A DNA stretch of 64,000 nt from an uncultured Bulleidia sp. (GCA_947087645.1 CAMUDN010000003.1:89956-153955), one strand, 5' to 3'. Positions 48,371 to 58,989 are shown, counted from the stretch's first letter. Program-made: numbers and translations. Notes: generated by a model from the letters alone, not told the origin.

Positions 48371-50006
48371 GGAAATTAGAGAATCATTTTTAGATGCTGC
48401 TATATTATTAATTATTATTTATTTGATAAAAGATAAGTATCGTATATGGGCAATAATAACTTCTCTTTTATTTTTATGCTTTAAGCATCGATCTCTAAAG
48501 GTATTAATTTTTCTTTTGCTTTTTTTATTACCATCTTTTTCATTTTATAAATCAAATATTGAAAAAGTTAGAATTATACAGAAAAAGGAAACTTCTTATA
48601 TCGTTGAAAATACTTTTTTTAAAAGAATGATTATTAAACAAAAATGTTCTTTACCATTAGGTGCAAGACTTATAATTAAAGTTAAAGAAATAGGTCATGA
48701 AGAAGCTAATTTTTTACAATTACCATTACAAAAACAAATACCTATTATGGCTATAAAAGAACAAAAAGTAATTAATGAAAAAGGAACGTTATTAGAGTTT
48801 TTAAATGATTTTATTAAGCAAAATATAAATGTTGAAAAGCAAAAAATTTGGCAAGCTATTTTATTATCTTATCCAATAAGTTCCTATACTTATAGTTTTA
48901 CATATGTTGGCTTTATTACATTATTATCTTTTTTATTACGTTATCGTATAAGTATTAAAAAAAGAAAATATTTAGAAATATTATTAGCTATAATAATTTA
49001 TTATTTTTTACCTCAAAAAATATTATTTTTCTTTTTATGGAAAAGAATTTTAAGTTTAATAAAATGGCGAAAAGATGAGTATTTAGCTACATTAATATGT
49101 ACTTCTTTTCTATTTCTAAAAGCATCATTTTATAGTTTGACAATTATTTTATCTTTATTTCATAGTAGTATCTATTTATGGCAATTAAAATTGAAAGAAA
49201 CTTTTTTATTGCGGTCATTAATATCGATGTTTTTATTTGGTAAATGGCAAGTTATATATAGTTTAGGGTATCGCTTTTTTCGTATTTCACAAGGAATTTT
49301 ATGTTTGTTGGCATATCTTTTTGTCTTTTTTAAAATACATGGGATAGTGTATTTAATAGATTGTTATATAAAAGGAGAATATTATTTACATAGTTTACAA
49401 ATTGGTTATTCTTTTAATACTTATTTTTGGCTGCTATATTTAATAATTTATTTGTTTATAAATCAGCAAAAACGATTTTTTTATTTTGTTTTTTTGAGTT
49501 TGTTTATTTTTATTTATCCATTTTTTTATCATCATTTTATGGTTATTTATCAACAGGGCAATATTATTTGTATTTATCATGAAAAGGAAAGAGTTACCGT
49601 TTTTCATCAAGGACAAAATGTTGAATATTTATTAGCAAAATATAAACAAAAATATCCTTTTAGAAAAATTAAATTAGAAAATTATAGTGATAAAACTTAT
49701 TGCTTTAATTTATCCAATGTCAGTTTATCAATCAAAGGTAAAGATAGTTCACATCGTTTAGCTAAAACAGATATTCTTTTAACAAATGATCAATTTAGAA
49801 AGGTTAATCAATCATTAGATGAATGTCAGGCTAAATTTTTAATTTATGCTCATCAAAAATTAGATATATTGCAATATAAATATTTAGTTGATAATCATAT
49901 TTCATTCCTTTCTTTACAAGAAGAAGGAGGTCTTTTATGGAAATTTTATTTTTTTAAGTGGTATATGATAACGGCAAAAGGGAATTTTGTTATAATTAAA
50001 AAATGA
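48324..50006 (+). CDS. comEC: ComEC/Rec2-family membrane protein, short (560 aa), apparently lacking the C-terminal metallo-beta-lactamase domain
   Basis: Polytopic membrane core in the comEA-comEC-holA arrangement; no HxHxDH motif in C-terminal 130 aa; start may be a downstream ATG (48339). Confidence 0.55.
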   Translation: MGIKNMKRFNIKLFFEEIRESFLDAAILLIIIYLIKDKYRIWAIITSLLFLCFKHRSLKVLIFLLLFLLPSFSFYKSNIEKVRIIQKKETSYIVENTFFKRMIIKQKCSLPLGARLIIKVKEIGHEEANFLQLPLQKQIPIMAIKEQKVINEKGTLLEFLNDFIKQNINVEKQKIWQAILLSYPISSYTYSFTYVGFITLLSFLLRYRISIKKRKYLEILLAIIIYYFLPQKILFFFLWKRILSLIKWRKDEYLATLICTSFLFLKASFYSLTIILSLFHSSIYLWQLKLKETFLLRSLISMFLFGKWQVIYSLGYRFFRISQGILCLLAYLFVFFKIHGIVYLIDCYIKGEYYLHSLQIGYSFNTYFWLLYLIIYLFINQQKRFFYFVFLSLFIFIYPFFYHHFMVIYQQGNIICIYHEKERVTVFHQGQNVEYLLAKYKQKYPFRKIKLENYSDKTYCFNLSNVSLSIKGKDSSHRLAKTDILLTNDQFRKVNQSLDECQAKFLIYAHQKLDILQYKYLVDNHISFLSLQEEGGLLWKFYFFKWYMITAKGNFVIIKK

Positions 50007-50989
50007 ATAGGAATTTTTTAATTAGTGGTGATGATCAATATCGTAAAGAAGCTTATCTGTCTTTTTTGAAAGATACTAAGGAAATAAAAAAAGGTAATAT
50101 AGAAATTTTTGATGCTGCCAAAGTAAAAGAGTTTAATATATCATCTTTTTTTCATACTTTATCTAAGCAAAGTCTATTTAGTGATGATAAAAGATTGGTT
50201 ATCGTTAAAGATGCTTATTTTTTAAGTAGTTTATCGATAAAAGGCTTGGAAAGTGAACTTGATTTTTGGCAAAAACAGATGCATGAATATTTAGAAAATT
50301 CTAATGAACAGGTTGTGTTGGTTTTTTACATGGATAAATTAGCTTTGGATGGTCGCAAAAAAATAGTTAAATTTTTACAAGCCGAAAAAATCGAATGGCA
50401 AGATTTTAAAGCTTTGAAAACATGGGAATTTCCACAATATGCTAAAGAATGTTTAAAAAAAGAAAATCTCTATTTATCAGAAGCAGCATTTAATGAGCTT
50501 CTTTATCGCATTAATGCAGATAGTATGCTTTTACAAAAAGCGATTGAGTTATTAAAATTAGTACCATCTGAAGAATATAATTTACAGGATATTGAAGAAA
50601 GAATTAGTTATTCTTTAAATGTTGATATTTTTTCTTTAGCAAATGTATTTTTAGAAAAAAATTTAGCTAAAACATGGCATATTTTAAAACATATGCAAAA
50701 AGCGAATATTGATTCACAAGCACAAATTGCATTATTAGCATCACGGATCCGTAACCTTTATGATATGAAACAATTATCTGAATTAGGGTATGATAATATA
50801 AGCATTGCTCAAAAGCTTAAAGTAAAGAATTTTGCTGTGCAAAAAGGATTGAGTGCTTGTCTTTATCAAAGTGCTAATCAGTTATTAGCCATTTTAAAAG
50901 ATTTAGCCGATTTAGATCAGAATATAAAACAAGGTAAAATAGAAGCTAAACTTGGTTTTGAACAACTTATTCTTAGAAATGGAAAATGA
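50003..50989 (+). CDS. holA: DNA polymerase III delta subunit HolA
   Basis: Size 328 aa and conserved position downstream of comEC; AAA+-like clamp-loader fold inferred. Confidence 0.7.
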   Translation: MNRNFLISGDDQYRKEAYLSFLKDTKEIKKGNIEIFDAAKVKEFNISSFFHTLSKQSLFSDDKRLVIVKDAYFLSSLSIKGLESELDFWQKQMHEYLENSNEQVVLVFYMDKLALDGRKKIVKFLQAEKIEWQDFKALKTWEFPQYAKECLKKENLYLSEAAFNELLYRINADSMLLQKAIELLKLVPSEEYNLQDIEERISYSLNVDIFSLANVFLEKNLAKTWHILKHMQKANIDSQAQIALLASRIRNLYDMKQLSELGYDNISIAQKLKVKNFAVQKGLSACLYQSANQLLAILKDLADLDQNIKQGKIEAKLGFEQLILRNGK

Positions 50990-50990
50990 T

Positions 50991-52181
50991 ATGCAAGGTA
51001 TTAAAGAGTTATATAAAATTGGTAGAGGTCCAAGTTCATCACATACATTAGCTCCTGAACGAGCTTGTCGTTTATTTGTTAAGGAATTTGGCCCATATCC
51101 ATATTATGTCGTTGAATTGTATGGATCATTATCATTAACTGGACATGGTCATAATACTGATTTAATTATTCAAGAAACTTTACCAGGAGAAGTTTTAATT
51201 AAATGGAAATTAGAGTGGTCAGAATCATTTCCTAATGGCTTTTATATATATGCTTTAAATGCCCAAAAAGAGATAAAACATAAATGGACAGTTTTTTCTT
51301 TAGGGGGCGGAAGTATCCAAGTCTTAGAAAAAAAATTCAATTTTAATGATGAGGTATATCCACAAAATAATTTTCAAGCAGTTAAAAATTTTTTGTATCA
51401 GAATAATTGTTCATTATGGGCATATGTTTTATATTATGAACCGAATATTTTAGTTTATTTAAAAGAAGTTATTGAAGCGGAAATTAAATGTGTTGAAAAT
51501 GGTTTAAAGGCAAGTGGGCTTTTACCAGGAAAATTAAAATTAGCTCGTTGTGCTAAAGATTTATTGCAACTTGCTAAAGATGATATGCGTTTGAAATTGA
51601 TGGCTTATGCATATGCTGCTAATGAAGAAAATGCAGCTATGCATACAGTTGTTACAGCACCAACTTTGGGTGCTTGTGGAGTTATTGCAGCTTTGACTTA
51701 TTACTTAATAAATGATCTTAAATATGACCTTGATGATGTTGCTAAAGCTTTAGCTGTTGGGGGTATTTTTGGTAATGTTATTAAACAAAATGCTACTATT
51801 TCAGGAGCTGTAGGCGGTTGTCAAGCAGAAGTAGGATCAGCTGTTTCAATGGCTTGTGCGATGCTTGCTTATGTGCAAAAAGAATCGTTGGCAGTTATTG
51901 AGTCAGCAGCTGAAATTGGTATGGAACATCACTTAGGCTTAACATGTGATCCAGTTCAAGGATATGTCATGATTCCTTGTATTGAACGTAATAGTCAAGG
52001 TATTTTACGGGTTATTGATGCAGTTCAATTAGCTACTAATATGCGTAAAATAAGACAAAACAGGATAGATTTTGATACAGTTGTTAAAACAATGATGGAG
52101 ACAGGTAAAGCAATGGATACAGAATTAAAAGAAACATCAGTTGGTGGTTTAGCTAAATTTTATAAGGATTCAACATGTTAA
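50991..52181 (+). CDS. sdaA: L-serine dehydratase, iron-sulfur dependent, single-chain (start moved to ATG 50991)
   Basis: N-terminal GRGPSSSHTLAP (cf. E. coli SdaA GIGPSSSHTVGP); Cys-containing alpha-domain motifs. Confidence 0.82.
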   Translation: MQGIKELYKIGRGPSSSHTLAPERACRLFVKEFGPYPYYVVELYGSLSLTGHGHNTDLIIQETLPGEVLIKWKLEWSESFPNGFYIYALNAQKEIKHKWTVFSLGGGSIQVLEKKFNFNDEVYPQNNFQAVKNFLYQNNCSLWAYVLYYEPNILVYLKEVIEAEIKCVENGLKASGLLPGKLKLARCAKDLLQLAKDDMRLKLMAYAYAANEENAAMHTVVTAPTLGACGVIAALTYYLINDLKYDLDDVAKALAVGGIFGNVIKQNATISGAVGGCQAEVGSAVSMACAMLAYVQKESLAVIESAAEIGMEHHLGLTCDPVQGYVMIPCIERNSQGILRVIDAVQLATNMRKIRQNRIDFDTVVKTMMETGKAMDTELKETSVGGLAKFYKDSTC

Positions 52182-54331
52182 AAAAGATTGAATTATTATC
52201 ACCTGCTGGTAGTATGGAAAGTTTAATAGCGGCTATTGAAGCCGGTTGTGATGCTGTATATTTAGGATTATCTTCATATTCGGCAAGAGCATTTGCCCAG
52301 AATTTTTCCTTAACTAATATTGCTGATACTATCGCATATTGTCATATTCGTGATGTGCGTGTCTATGTTACGATGAATACTTTAATTTATGAAGCTGAAT
52401 TTAAAGGCTTACAAAAGGCAGTAGATATTCTTTATCATGCTGATGTTGACGGTATTTTAGTTCAAGATTTAGGATTATATCATTATATTCAACAAACGTA
52501 TCCTGATTTGCCATTACATTGTTCAACACAAATGCATATTCATAATGTAGCTGCTGTGCGTTATATGAAGTCCCAAAAAGCAACTCGCTGTGTTATTGCT
52601 CGTGAATGTTCACTTGAAACAATTAGAAAAATGTGTAAAGAAGATATAGAAATAGAAGTTTTTGTTTATGGTGCTATATGTATTGCTTATAGTGGACAAT
52701 GTTTAATGTCTTCTTCTTTAAAAGGGCGTTCAGCTAATCGTGGTGTTTGTGCTCAAAATTGTCGTTTGAAATATCAAGAAGATGGTAAATATGCCAAAGA
52801 TGGTGAATATTGTTTAAGTCCTAAAGACTTAAATGCCATTGAATTAGTACCGGAATTAATTTCTGCTGGGGTAGCTAGTTTGAAAATTGAAGGACGGATG
52901 AAGAGTCCATCATATGTCTATGCTGTTACAAAAGCATTTCGCCAAGCAATAGATGCTTATTATCAAAAAAAAGAATTTAAATTATCTGTAACAGAAGAGA
53001 AAAAATTATTTACATTATTCAATCGAGGTTTTTCAAAAGGTCATTTAGCTAATGAAAATATTATACAAAGGATGGCTCATTTACGACCAAATCATCAAGG
53101 TATTAAATTGGCTTATGTATTAGCAACACATGGTCATTATATTCAAATGAAATTAATACATGATTTATCACAAGGAGATGGTATTCGTATCTTATCACAT
53201 CCTCTAGATATTGGCTTTGTTGTTAATAAAATGGAAAATCAAAAAGGTTTATTATGCAAACTTGCTAAAGCGGGGGAAATTGTACAAGTTTATTGTCCTA
53301 ATGGTTGGGTTAAAATAGGTGATGAAGTTCGCTTAACAAATGATGTCAATTTAGTTAAAGATATTCAAAATGAAATATCGAAACATAAACGTCGGGTTTT
53401 AATTAACATAAAATTAAATGCTAAAATTGATGAACCATTGTTTTTGGAAGTAATGGATGGTCGACAAAAGTTATTTTTAAAAACTAATATGCTTTGTCAA
53501 AAAGCTTTAAAAAAGCCTCTTGGTAAAGAACGTTTAAAAGAAGCATTAGGTCAATTGGAAGATTCAGCTTATAAGTTACAAAAAATTGATTTTGTATTAG
53601 ATAATTTCTTTTTGCCAATGAAAGAAATAAATCAATTACGACGACAAATGATTAAAAAGCTTGATCAATCAAGAGCTATTTTAAATACTAATCGTAAAAC
53701 TAAACAAGCATATAAATTTACTTTGCAAGATCCTTTATATCACGGTGATTTATTGCTTGTTGAAGGGCCAAAAACAAATATCAAAGCCCATTATTTATCT
53801 GCGCAAGAAATAAGTGCTACGGTAAATGAAAATAATGAAAAATATCAAAATTATAAAAATGTTGTTTTAAATGAAATGGGAACTTTTTATGGTCAGCATG
53901 AAAATTGTATTGCGGGCATGTCGTTAAATATCACAAATAGTTATAGTTTAGCTTATTTTTTATCTCAAGAAGGAGTTGATGCAGCTATTTTATCCAGTGA
54001 ATTAAAACCTATTCAAATTAAGAATTTAATTCAAAACTTTATAAAACGTTATGGCTTTATACCATTTACATATCAATTTGTTTTTGGCAAACGAAATTTA
54101 ATGATCATCAAGCAAGGTTTTGATGATATAAGAGCGAAGACTTTAACTGATTTACAAGATCATCATTATCAATTATCATATACAGATAAAGAAGTATTCA
54201 TTCATGAACCAATGGTATATAGAAGAAAAAATGAATATGCTAAAGGAAGTTATCTGATTATTGATAAAACAGTAATAAATGCAGAAAAAATTTTGGAGGA
54301 AGCTTATGAAGAAATTTTTAATCGAATTTAA
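52175..54331 (+). CDS. fused U32-family protein (YrrN+YrrO/TrhP-like), 718 aa
   Basis: Peptidase-U32 N-terminus MLKKIELLSPAGSMESLIAAIEAGCDAVYLG, conserved Cys cluster (CIAYSGQC…CAQNC), second U32-like half. Confidence 0.85.
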   Translation: MLKKIELLSPAGSMESLIAAIEAGCDAVYLGLSSYSARAFAQNFSLTNIADTIAYCHIRDVRVYVTMNTLIYEAEFKGLQKAVDILYHADVDGILVQDLGLYHYIQQTYPDLPLHCSTQMHIHNVAAVRYMKSQKATRCVIARECSLETIRKMCKEDIEIEVFVYGAICIAYSGQCLMSSSLKGRSANRGVCAQNCRLKYQEDGKYAKDGEYCLSPKDLNAIELVPELISAGVASLKIEGRMKSPSYVYAVTKAFRQAIDAYYQKKEFKLSVTEEKKLFTLFNRGFSKGHLANENIIQRMAHLRPNHQGIKLAYVLATHGHYIQMKLIHDLSQGDGIRILSHPLDIGFVVNKMENQKGLLCKLAKAGEIVQVYCPNGWVKIGDEVRLTNDVNLVKDIQNEISKHKRRVLINIKLNAKIDEPLFLEVMDGRQKLFLKTNMLCQKALKKPLGKERLKEALGQLEDSAYKLQKIDFVLDNFFLPMKEINQLRRQMIKKLDQSRAILNTNRKTKQAYKFTLQDPLYHGDLLLVEGPKTNIKAHYLSAQEISATVNENNEKYQNYKNVVLNEMGTFYGQHENCIAGMSLNITNSYSLAYFLSQEGVDAAILSSELKPIQIKNLIQNFIKRYGFIPFTYQFVFGKRNLMIIKQGFDDIRAKTLTDLQDHHYQLSYTDKEVFIHEPMVYRRKNEYAKGSYLIIDKTVINAEKILEEAYEEIFNRI

Positions 54332-54686
54332 AGAATTTGCATTAAAGGGAAATGTTGTTGATTTAGCAGTTGGTGTTATTATTGGTGGTGCATTTCAAGC
54401 TATTATTAAATCATTTATTGATAATATTTTGAATCCGATTATTGGTATTTTATTTAAAGCTGATTTATCACTTATTGTTTTAAAAATAGGATCAGTAAGT
54501 CTAGGCATAGGTGCTTTTGTTTCTTCTTTTATTAATTTTATTTTATTGGCTTTAGTATTATTTATTATGGTTTATACAATGAATAATATTCGTGGTTTAA
54601 TGAAAGAAGATAAGCCAGAAGAAGTAAAAAAATCAGAGGAAGTAATTTTACTTTCAGAAATTCTTAAAGAATTAAAAAATAAATAA
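54306..54686 (+). CDS. mscL: large-conductance mechanosensitive channel MscL (start moved to ATG 54306 after GGAGG RBS)
   Basis: …FKEFALKGNVVDLAVGVIIGGAFQAII… canonical MscL TM1. Confidence 0.88.
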   Translation: MKKFLIEFKEFALKGNVVDLAVGVIIGGAFQAIIKSFIDNILNPIIGILFKADLSLIVLKIGSVSLGIGAFVSSFINFILLALVLFIMVYTMNNIRGLMKEDKPEEVKKSEEVILLSEILKELKNK

Positions 54687-54705
54687 TATAAATAATTTTA
54701 ATGGG

Positions 54706-54736
54706 CTAATAAAGAGAAATTTTTATTAGCTTTTTC
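54706..54736 (+). terminator. rho-independent terminator after mscL (GCTAATAAA-gagaaat-TTTATTAGC + T5)
   Basis: 9-bp perfect stem + T-run. Confidence 0.7.
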
Positions 54737-54782
54737 GTTTAAAATAAAAATTTGCTATAATAGTTAGGATATAGGAGAAATA

Positions 54783-57710
54783 ATGTTCTTAAAAAGAATT
54801 GAAATGCGAGGCTTTAAATCATTTGCGGATAAAACATTAATTGAATTTGATCAGCCAATTACAGCTATTGTTGGTCCAAATGGTTGTGGTAAGTCAAATA
54901 TCACCGATGCAATTCGTTGGGTTTTAGGTGAACAAAGTGCTAAAAGCATGCGTGGTGATAAAATGAATGATGTTATCTTCGCTGGTTCATTAGAAAGACG
55001 GAAGGTTAATTTAGCTGAAGTAACATTAATTTTTGATAATAGTCAAAAACAATTAAATATTGATCAAAAGGAAGTAGAAGTTACAAGACGTCTTTATCGT
55101 GATTCTGGGGAAGCTAATTACTTAATTAATCATCGCTTAGTCCGCTTGAAAGATATTGTTGATCTTTTTTTAGATACTGGTCTTGGTAAAGATTCGTTGA
55201 GCATTATTAGTCAAGGTAATATTTTATCTTTTGCGGAAAGTAAGCCTTATGAACGAAGATCTATATTTGAAGAAGCTGCTGGTGTTGCCAAATATAAAAA
55301 GCGTAAACTTGAAACTTTAGCTCATTTGGAAAGAAGTAAAGCTAATTTAGAGCAGAATCAATTAATATTAGAAGAGTTAGAAAAACAGATTTCACCTTTA
55401 AAAAGGCAAGCTAAAAAAGCTGAATTATATCAGCAGAAAAAAGAATCTTTACAAAAAATTGAAATTACTGTTTTAGTTAATACGATAAGTTCATTGCATG
55501 AACAATTAGCTAACTTAGATCAACAGTTATTTGAAGTAAATACAAGTAAAACAGTTTTACAAACAGATCTTCAAGTAGGAGAAAGTCAAGTTAAGATTTG
55601 GCGTAAGGAAATTCATGAAATGGATCTTAATATTCAAAAATATCAAGATCAGATTATGCAATCAAATAATGCTATTGTGCAATTAGAAAATCGTAAAAGT
55701 GAGTATGAAGAAAAAAGCAAATATGTTTTAGAAGTTGGCAATCATCAAGAAAAAGAAAAGGAATTACAACAATTATATCAAAATGCCAAGATTGAATATG
55801 AAGATCGTTTACAAAGACAAAATGTTTTAGAACAGGAATTAAAATTAGGACAAAAACAATTAGCTAAAATTGCTAATGACTTATTAGATTGCAAAAATAA
55901 TGTTGATTTATCATCTTATCGTTATCAACAGATTGAAAAAAGATTACAAGTATTAAAAGAAATTAGTAAAAATCCTTTTAGTCATAATAGTGGTTTAAAA
56001 GCCATTACAGAAAATAAAGAAAGTTTAAGTGGCATTATTGGTGTAATTGGGCAGTTACTTAAAGTGGAAGAAAAATATGCTTTGGCTATTAGTACAGCAT
56101 TAGGGGCGGCTGTTCAACATATTCTAACAAATGATGAAAAAAGTGCTCGCTTAGCAATTCAGTTTTTAAAGCAAAATCAAGCTGGACGTTGTACTTTTTT
56201 ACCTTTAAGCGTTTGTCAAGAACGTTTTGTTAGTAAGGAAATATTGTTGATTTTAGCTAATCAAGATGGTTATTTAGGTTTAGCAAGTCAATATTGTAAA
56301 ATTGATGGTACTTATCAAGCTGTTATCAATTCATTATTAAACAATGTCATTGTTGTTGAAAATTTAACAAAAGGTAATCAAATAGCTAATATTATAAATC
56401 ATCAATATAAGATTGTTACTTTAGATGGTGATGTTATTCATCGTGGTGGTTCAATGACAGGCGGAAAGAGTAAAAATGATTTTAATATTATGACGATGCA
56501 TAAAGAAATAAAATCATTAGAGCTTAATCTTGATGCTTTAGCGGCGAAAAAAGAATTAGCTTTGAAAGCTTATGATAAAGTTTTAAAAGAACGACAAAAT
56601 ATTTCAGCTAGTTTAGAACAATGTCGTTTATCTTTAGCTTCATTAGTAGCTATTGTAGATGTCAAAAAAGCACGTATGGATCGTTATTTTACAGATTTAG
56701 AACTATGTGGTAAAAAAGCATTAAATGATGATGAAATGAGTCAGCCAAGCTTTATTTTAGATTTGAATAAAGCTTATGAAAAACGAGATGAATTAAATAA
56801 AAAATTACAACTATGCAAGCAAAAAAGAAATCAAGAAGACAATCAGTTAGAGCGTAAAGAAGCTCAGTTAAGACAAAAAAGAAATGAATTTACAAAATTA
56901 CAAGATGAATGTCATATTCTTGATTTAAGTAAAGGTAAATATGAAACAAAATTAGAAAATTGTTTACAACGGTTATCAAGTGAATATCGGATGACTTATC
57001 AATTTGCTAAAGATAAAGTTGAAATTAACGATCTTACACAAAAAGAGGAAGAAGTACAAGCATTACGTGATGAAATTGAATCACTAGGTAATGTTAATAT
57101 GAATGCTCCTGAACAATATCAAGAAGTTAATGAACGTTATGAAACTTTAAAAAATCATATTCAAGAAATTGAATCATCAATCAAACAACTATTGAAAGCA
57201 GTTGATGATATGGATATGATTATGAAAGAACAATTTCAAGTTACTTTTAAAAAAGTAAATGATGCTTTTGGGGAAATATTTAAAGCTATTTATGGTGGTG
57301 GAAAAGCTTTTTTACGTTTAGATAATCCTCAAGACTTATTGACAAGTGGTATTGAGATATATGCTCAGCCACCTGGTAAAACAGTACATAATAATCTTTT
57401 ATTTTCGGGTGGTGAAAAAAGTCTATTAGCTTTATGTGTTTTATTTGCGATTTTAAAAGTTAAACCTATTCCTTTGGTTATTTTAGATGAAGTTGAAGCG
57501 GCTTTAGATCCAGCTAATGTTTTACGTTTTGCTAAATATTTAAGTAATTATATTGATCAAAGCCAATTTTTAGTTGTAACACATCGACCAGGAACCATGG
57601 AAAAAGCAAATACTTTATATGGTGTAACAATGCAACAACAAGGTGTATCATCATTGTTACGAGTAAATTTAGTAGATGCTCTTCATTTTAGTAAGGAGAT
57701 TGAATCATGA
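54783..57710 (+). CDS. smc: chromosome segregation protein SMC (short, 975 aa)
   Basis: Walker A GPNGCGKSN, hinge region (…GIIGVIGQLL…), signature LSGGEKSL, Walker B ILDEVEAALD. Confidence 0.93.
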   Translation: MFLKRIEMRGFKSFADKTLIEFDQPITAIVGPNGCGKSNITDAIRWVLGEQSAKSMRGDKMNDVIFAGSLERRKVNLAEVTLIFDNSQKQLNIDQKEVEVTRRLYRDSGEANYLINHRLVRLKDIVDLFLDTGLGKDSLSIISQGNILSFAESKPYERRSIFEEAAGVAKYKKRKLETLAHLERSKANLEQNQLILEELEKQISPLKRQAKKAELYQQKKESLQKIEITVLVNTISSLHEQLANLDQQLFEVNTSKTVLQTDLQVGESQVKIWRKEIHEMDLNIQKYQDQIMQSNNAIVQLENRKSEYEEKSKYVLEVGNHQEKEKELQQLYQNAKIEYEDRLQRQNVLEQELKLGQKQLAKIANDLLDCKNNVDLSSYRYQQIEKRLQVLKEISKNPFSHNSGLKAITENKESLSGIIGVIGQLLKVEEKYALAISTALGAAVQHILTNDEKSARLAIQFLKQNQAGRCTFLPLSVCQERFVSKEILLILANQDGYLGLASQYCKIDGTYQAVINSLLNNVIVVENLTKGNQIANIINHQYKIVTLDGDVIHRGGSMTGGKSKNDFNIMTMHKEIKSLELNLDALAAKKELALKAYDKVLKERQNISASLEQCRLSLASLVAIVDVKKARMDRYFTDLELCGKKALNDDEMSQPSFILDLNKAYEKRDELNKKLQLCKQKRNQEDNQLERKEAQLRQKRNEFTKLQDECHILDLSKGKYETKLENCLQRLSSEYRMTYQFAKDKVEINDLTQKEEEVQALRDEIESLGNVNMNAPEQYQEVNERYETLKNHIQEIESSIKQLLKAVDDMDMIMKEQFQVTFKKVNDAFGEIFKAIYGGGKAFLRLDNPQDLLTSGIEIYAQPPGKTVHNNLLFSGGEKSLLALCVLFAILKVKPIPLVILDEVEAALDPANVLRFAKYLSNYIDQSQFLVVTHRPGTMEKANTLYGVTMQQQGVSSLLRVNLVDALHFSKEIES

Positions 57711-58678
57711 GTTTTTTAGAAAAATTAAAAAATGCTTTTACTAAGAAACAAGATCAGGCAACATATTTATCAGGTTTTAAAAAAGCACAACAAAATTTTG
57801 GTGATAAATTAAGTGCTATGCGCTATCATTTTAAAGCTGTTGATGATGCTTTTTTAGAACAATTAACAATTATTCTTTTAGAAGCAGATGTAGGTATTCA
57901 TACAGCTGATTTTATTTGTGAACAGCTAAAAATTAAATGTCAGGCATATCCGAGTATATCATTTAAATGGGCAATGAATTTTTTGCTAGAAACAATGCAA
58001 GAAATTTATTGTGAAGATGGTCAAAATCAGCAAATAAATTGGGCAAAAGATGAACCGACCGTGTTTTTACTTGAGGGAGTTAATGGAGCTGGTAAAACAA
58101 CAACGATTGCTAAACTTGGCTATGCTTTTCAACAAACTGGTAAAAAAGTTGCTTTTACAGCTGCTGATACTTTTCGAGCAGGAGCAATTGAACAGTTAAA
58201 AAAATGGGGTGAAAAATTGAATATACCAGTCATTGCAGGTCATGAGAATGGTGATCCTAGTGCTGCTATCGTTGATGGTTGTCGTTATGCGAAAACAAAT
58301 AAAATAGATGTTTTATTATGTGATACGGCTGGTCGTTTACAAAATAAAGTTAATTTAATGGCAGAATTAGCAAAAATGAATAAAGTAGCTGCTCGTGAAA
58401 TTAGCAATGCTCCACATAATACATGGCTTGTTCTTGATGCAACAACTGGTCAAAATGGTCTTAGTCAAGCAAAAATTTTTGCTGAAAGTACAAAGTTAAA
58501 TGGTATTATTTTAACCAAAATGGATGGCACAGCTAAAGGTGGTATCATTTTAGCAATTAAACATCAATTGCATATACCAGTATATTATTTAGGTCTTGGT
58601 GAAAGGAAAGAAGATTTAAAACCATTTGATTTAGATTCTTACTTATATAGTATTTCTAAGGGCTTAGAAGATGTATAA
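57707..58678 (+). CDS. ftsY: signal recognition particle receptor FtsY
   Basis: NG domain with GVNGAGKTTT, DTAGR, TKMD motifs. Confidence 0.93.
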   Translation: MSFLEKLKNAFTKKQDQATYLSGFKKAQQNFGDKLSAMRYHFKAVDDAFLEQLTIILLEADVGIHTADFICEQLKIKCQAYPSISFKWAMNFLLETMQEIYCEDGQNQQINWAKDEPTVFLLEGVNGAGKTTTIAKLGYAFQQTGKKVAFTAADTFRAGAIEQLKKWGEKLNIPVIAGHENGDPSAAIVDGCRYAKTNKIDVLLCDTAGRLQNKVNLMAELAKMNKVAAREISNAPHNTWLVLDATTGQNGLSQAKIFAESTKLNGIILTKMDGTAKGGIILAIKHQLHIPVYYLGLGERKEDLKPFDLDSYLYSISKGLEDV

Positions 58679-58979
58679 TAAGTTGTATTATGATCAGTTG
58701 TTAGATTTTTATATTGAATTATTGAGTAATAAGCAACAATTAATTGCTAAATATTACTATCACCAAGACTTATCTTTACAAGAAATTAGTGAATTATTAG
58801 CAGTCTCTCGAGCGGCTATATATGATTGTTTGAAACGTGTGCGTCATGAATTAGATTATTATGAGTCAATTTTGTTGCTGTATCAAAAGCAACAAAAAAG
58901 ACAAAAAATATTGCAACAAATAAAAAAACAAATTGATCCATCGATATGGTCTTTATTATCGAAACTTGAAACTGAATAG
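58671..58979 (+). CDS. ylxM: YlxM/UPF0122 putative DNA-binding protein
   Basis: Strong resemblance to B. subtilis YlxM (…DLSLQEISELLAVSRAAIYDCLKR…); follows ftsY as in Bacillus. Confidence 0.82.
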   Translation: MYNKLYYDQLLDFYIELLSNKQQLIAKYYYHQDLSLQEISELLAVSRAAIYDCLKRVRHELDYYESILLLYQKQQKRQKILQQIKKQIDPSIWSLLSKLETE

Positions 58980-58989
58980 GAGGGTATAT

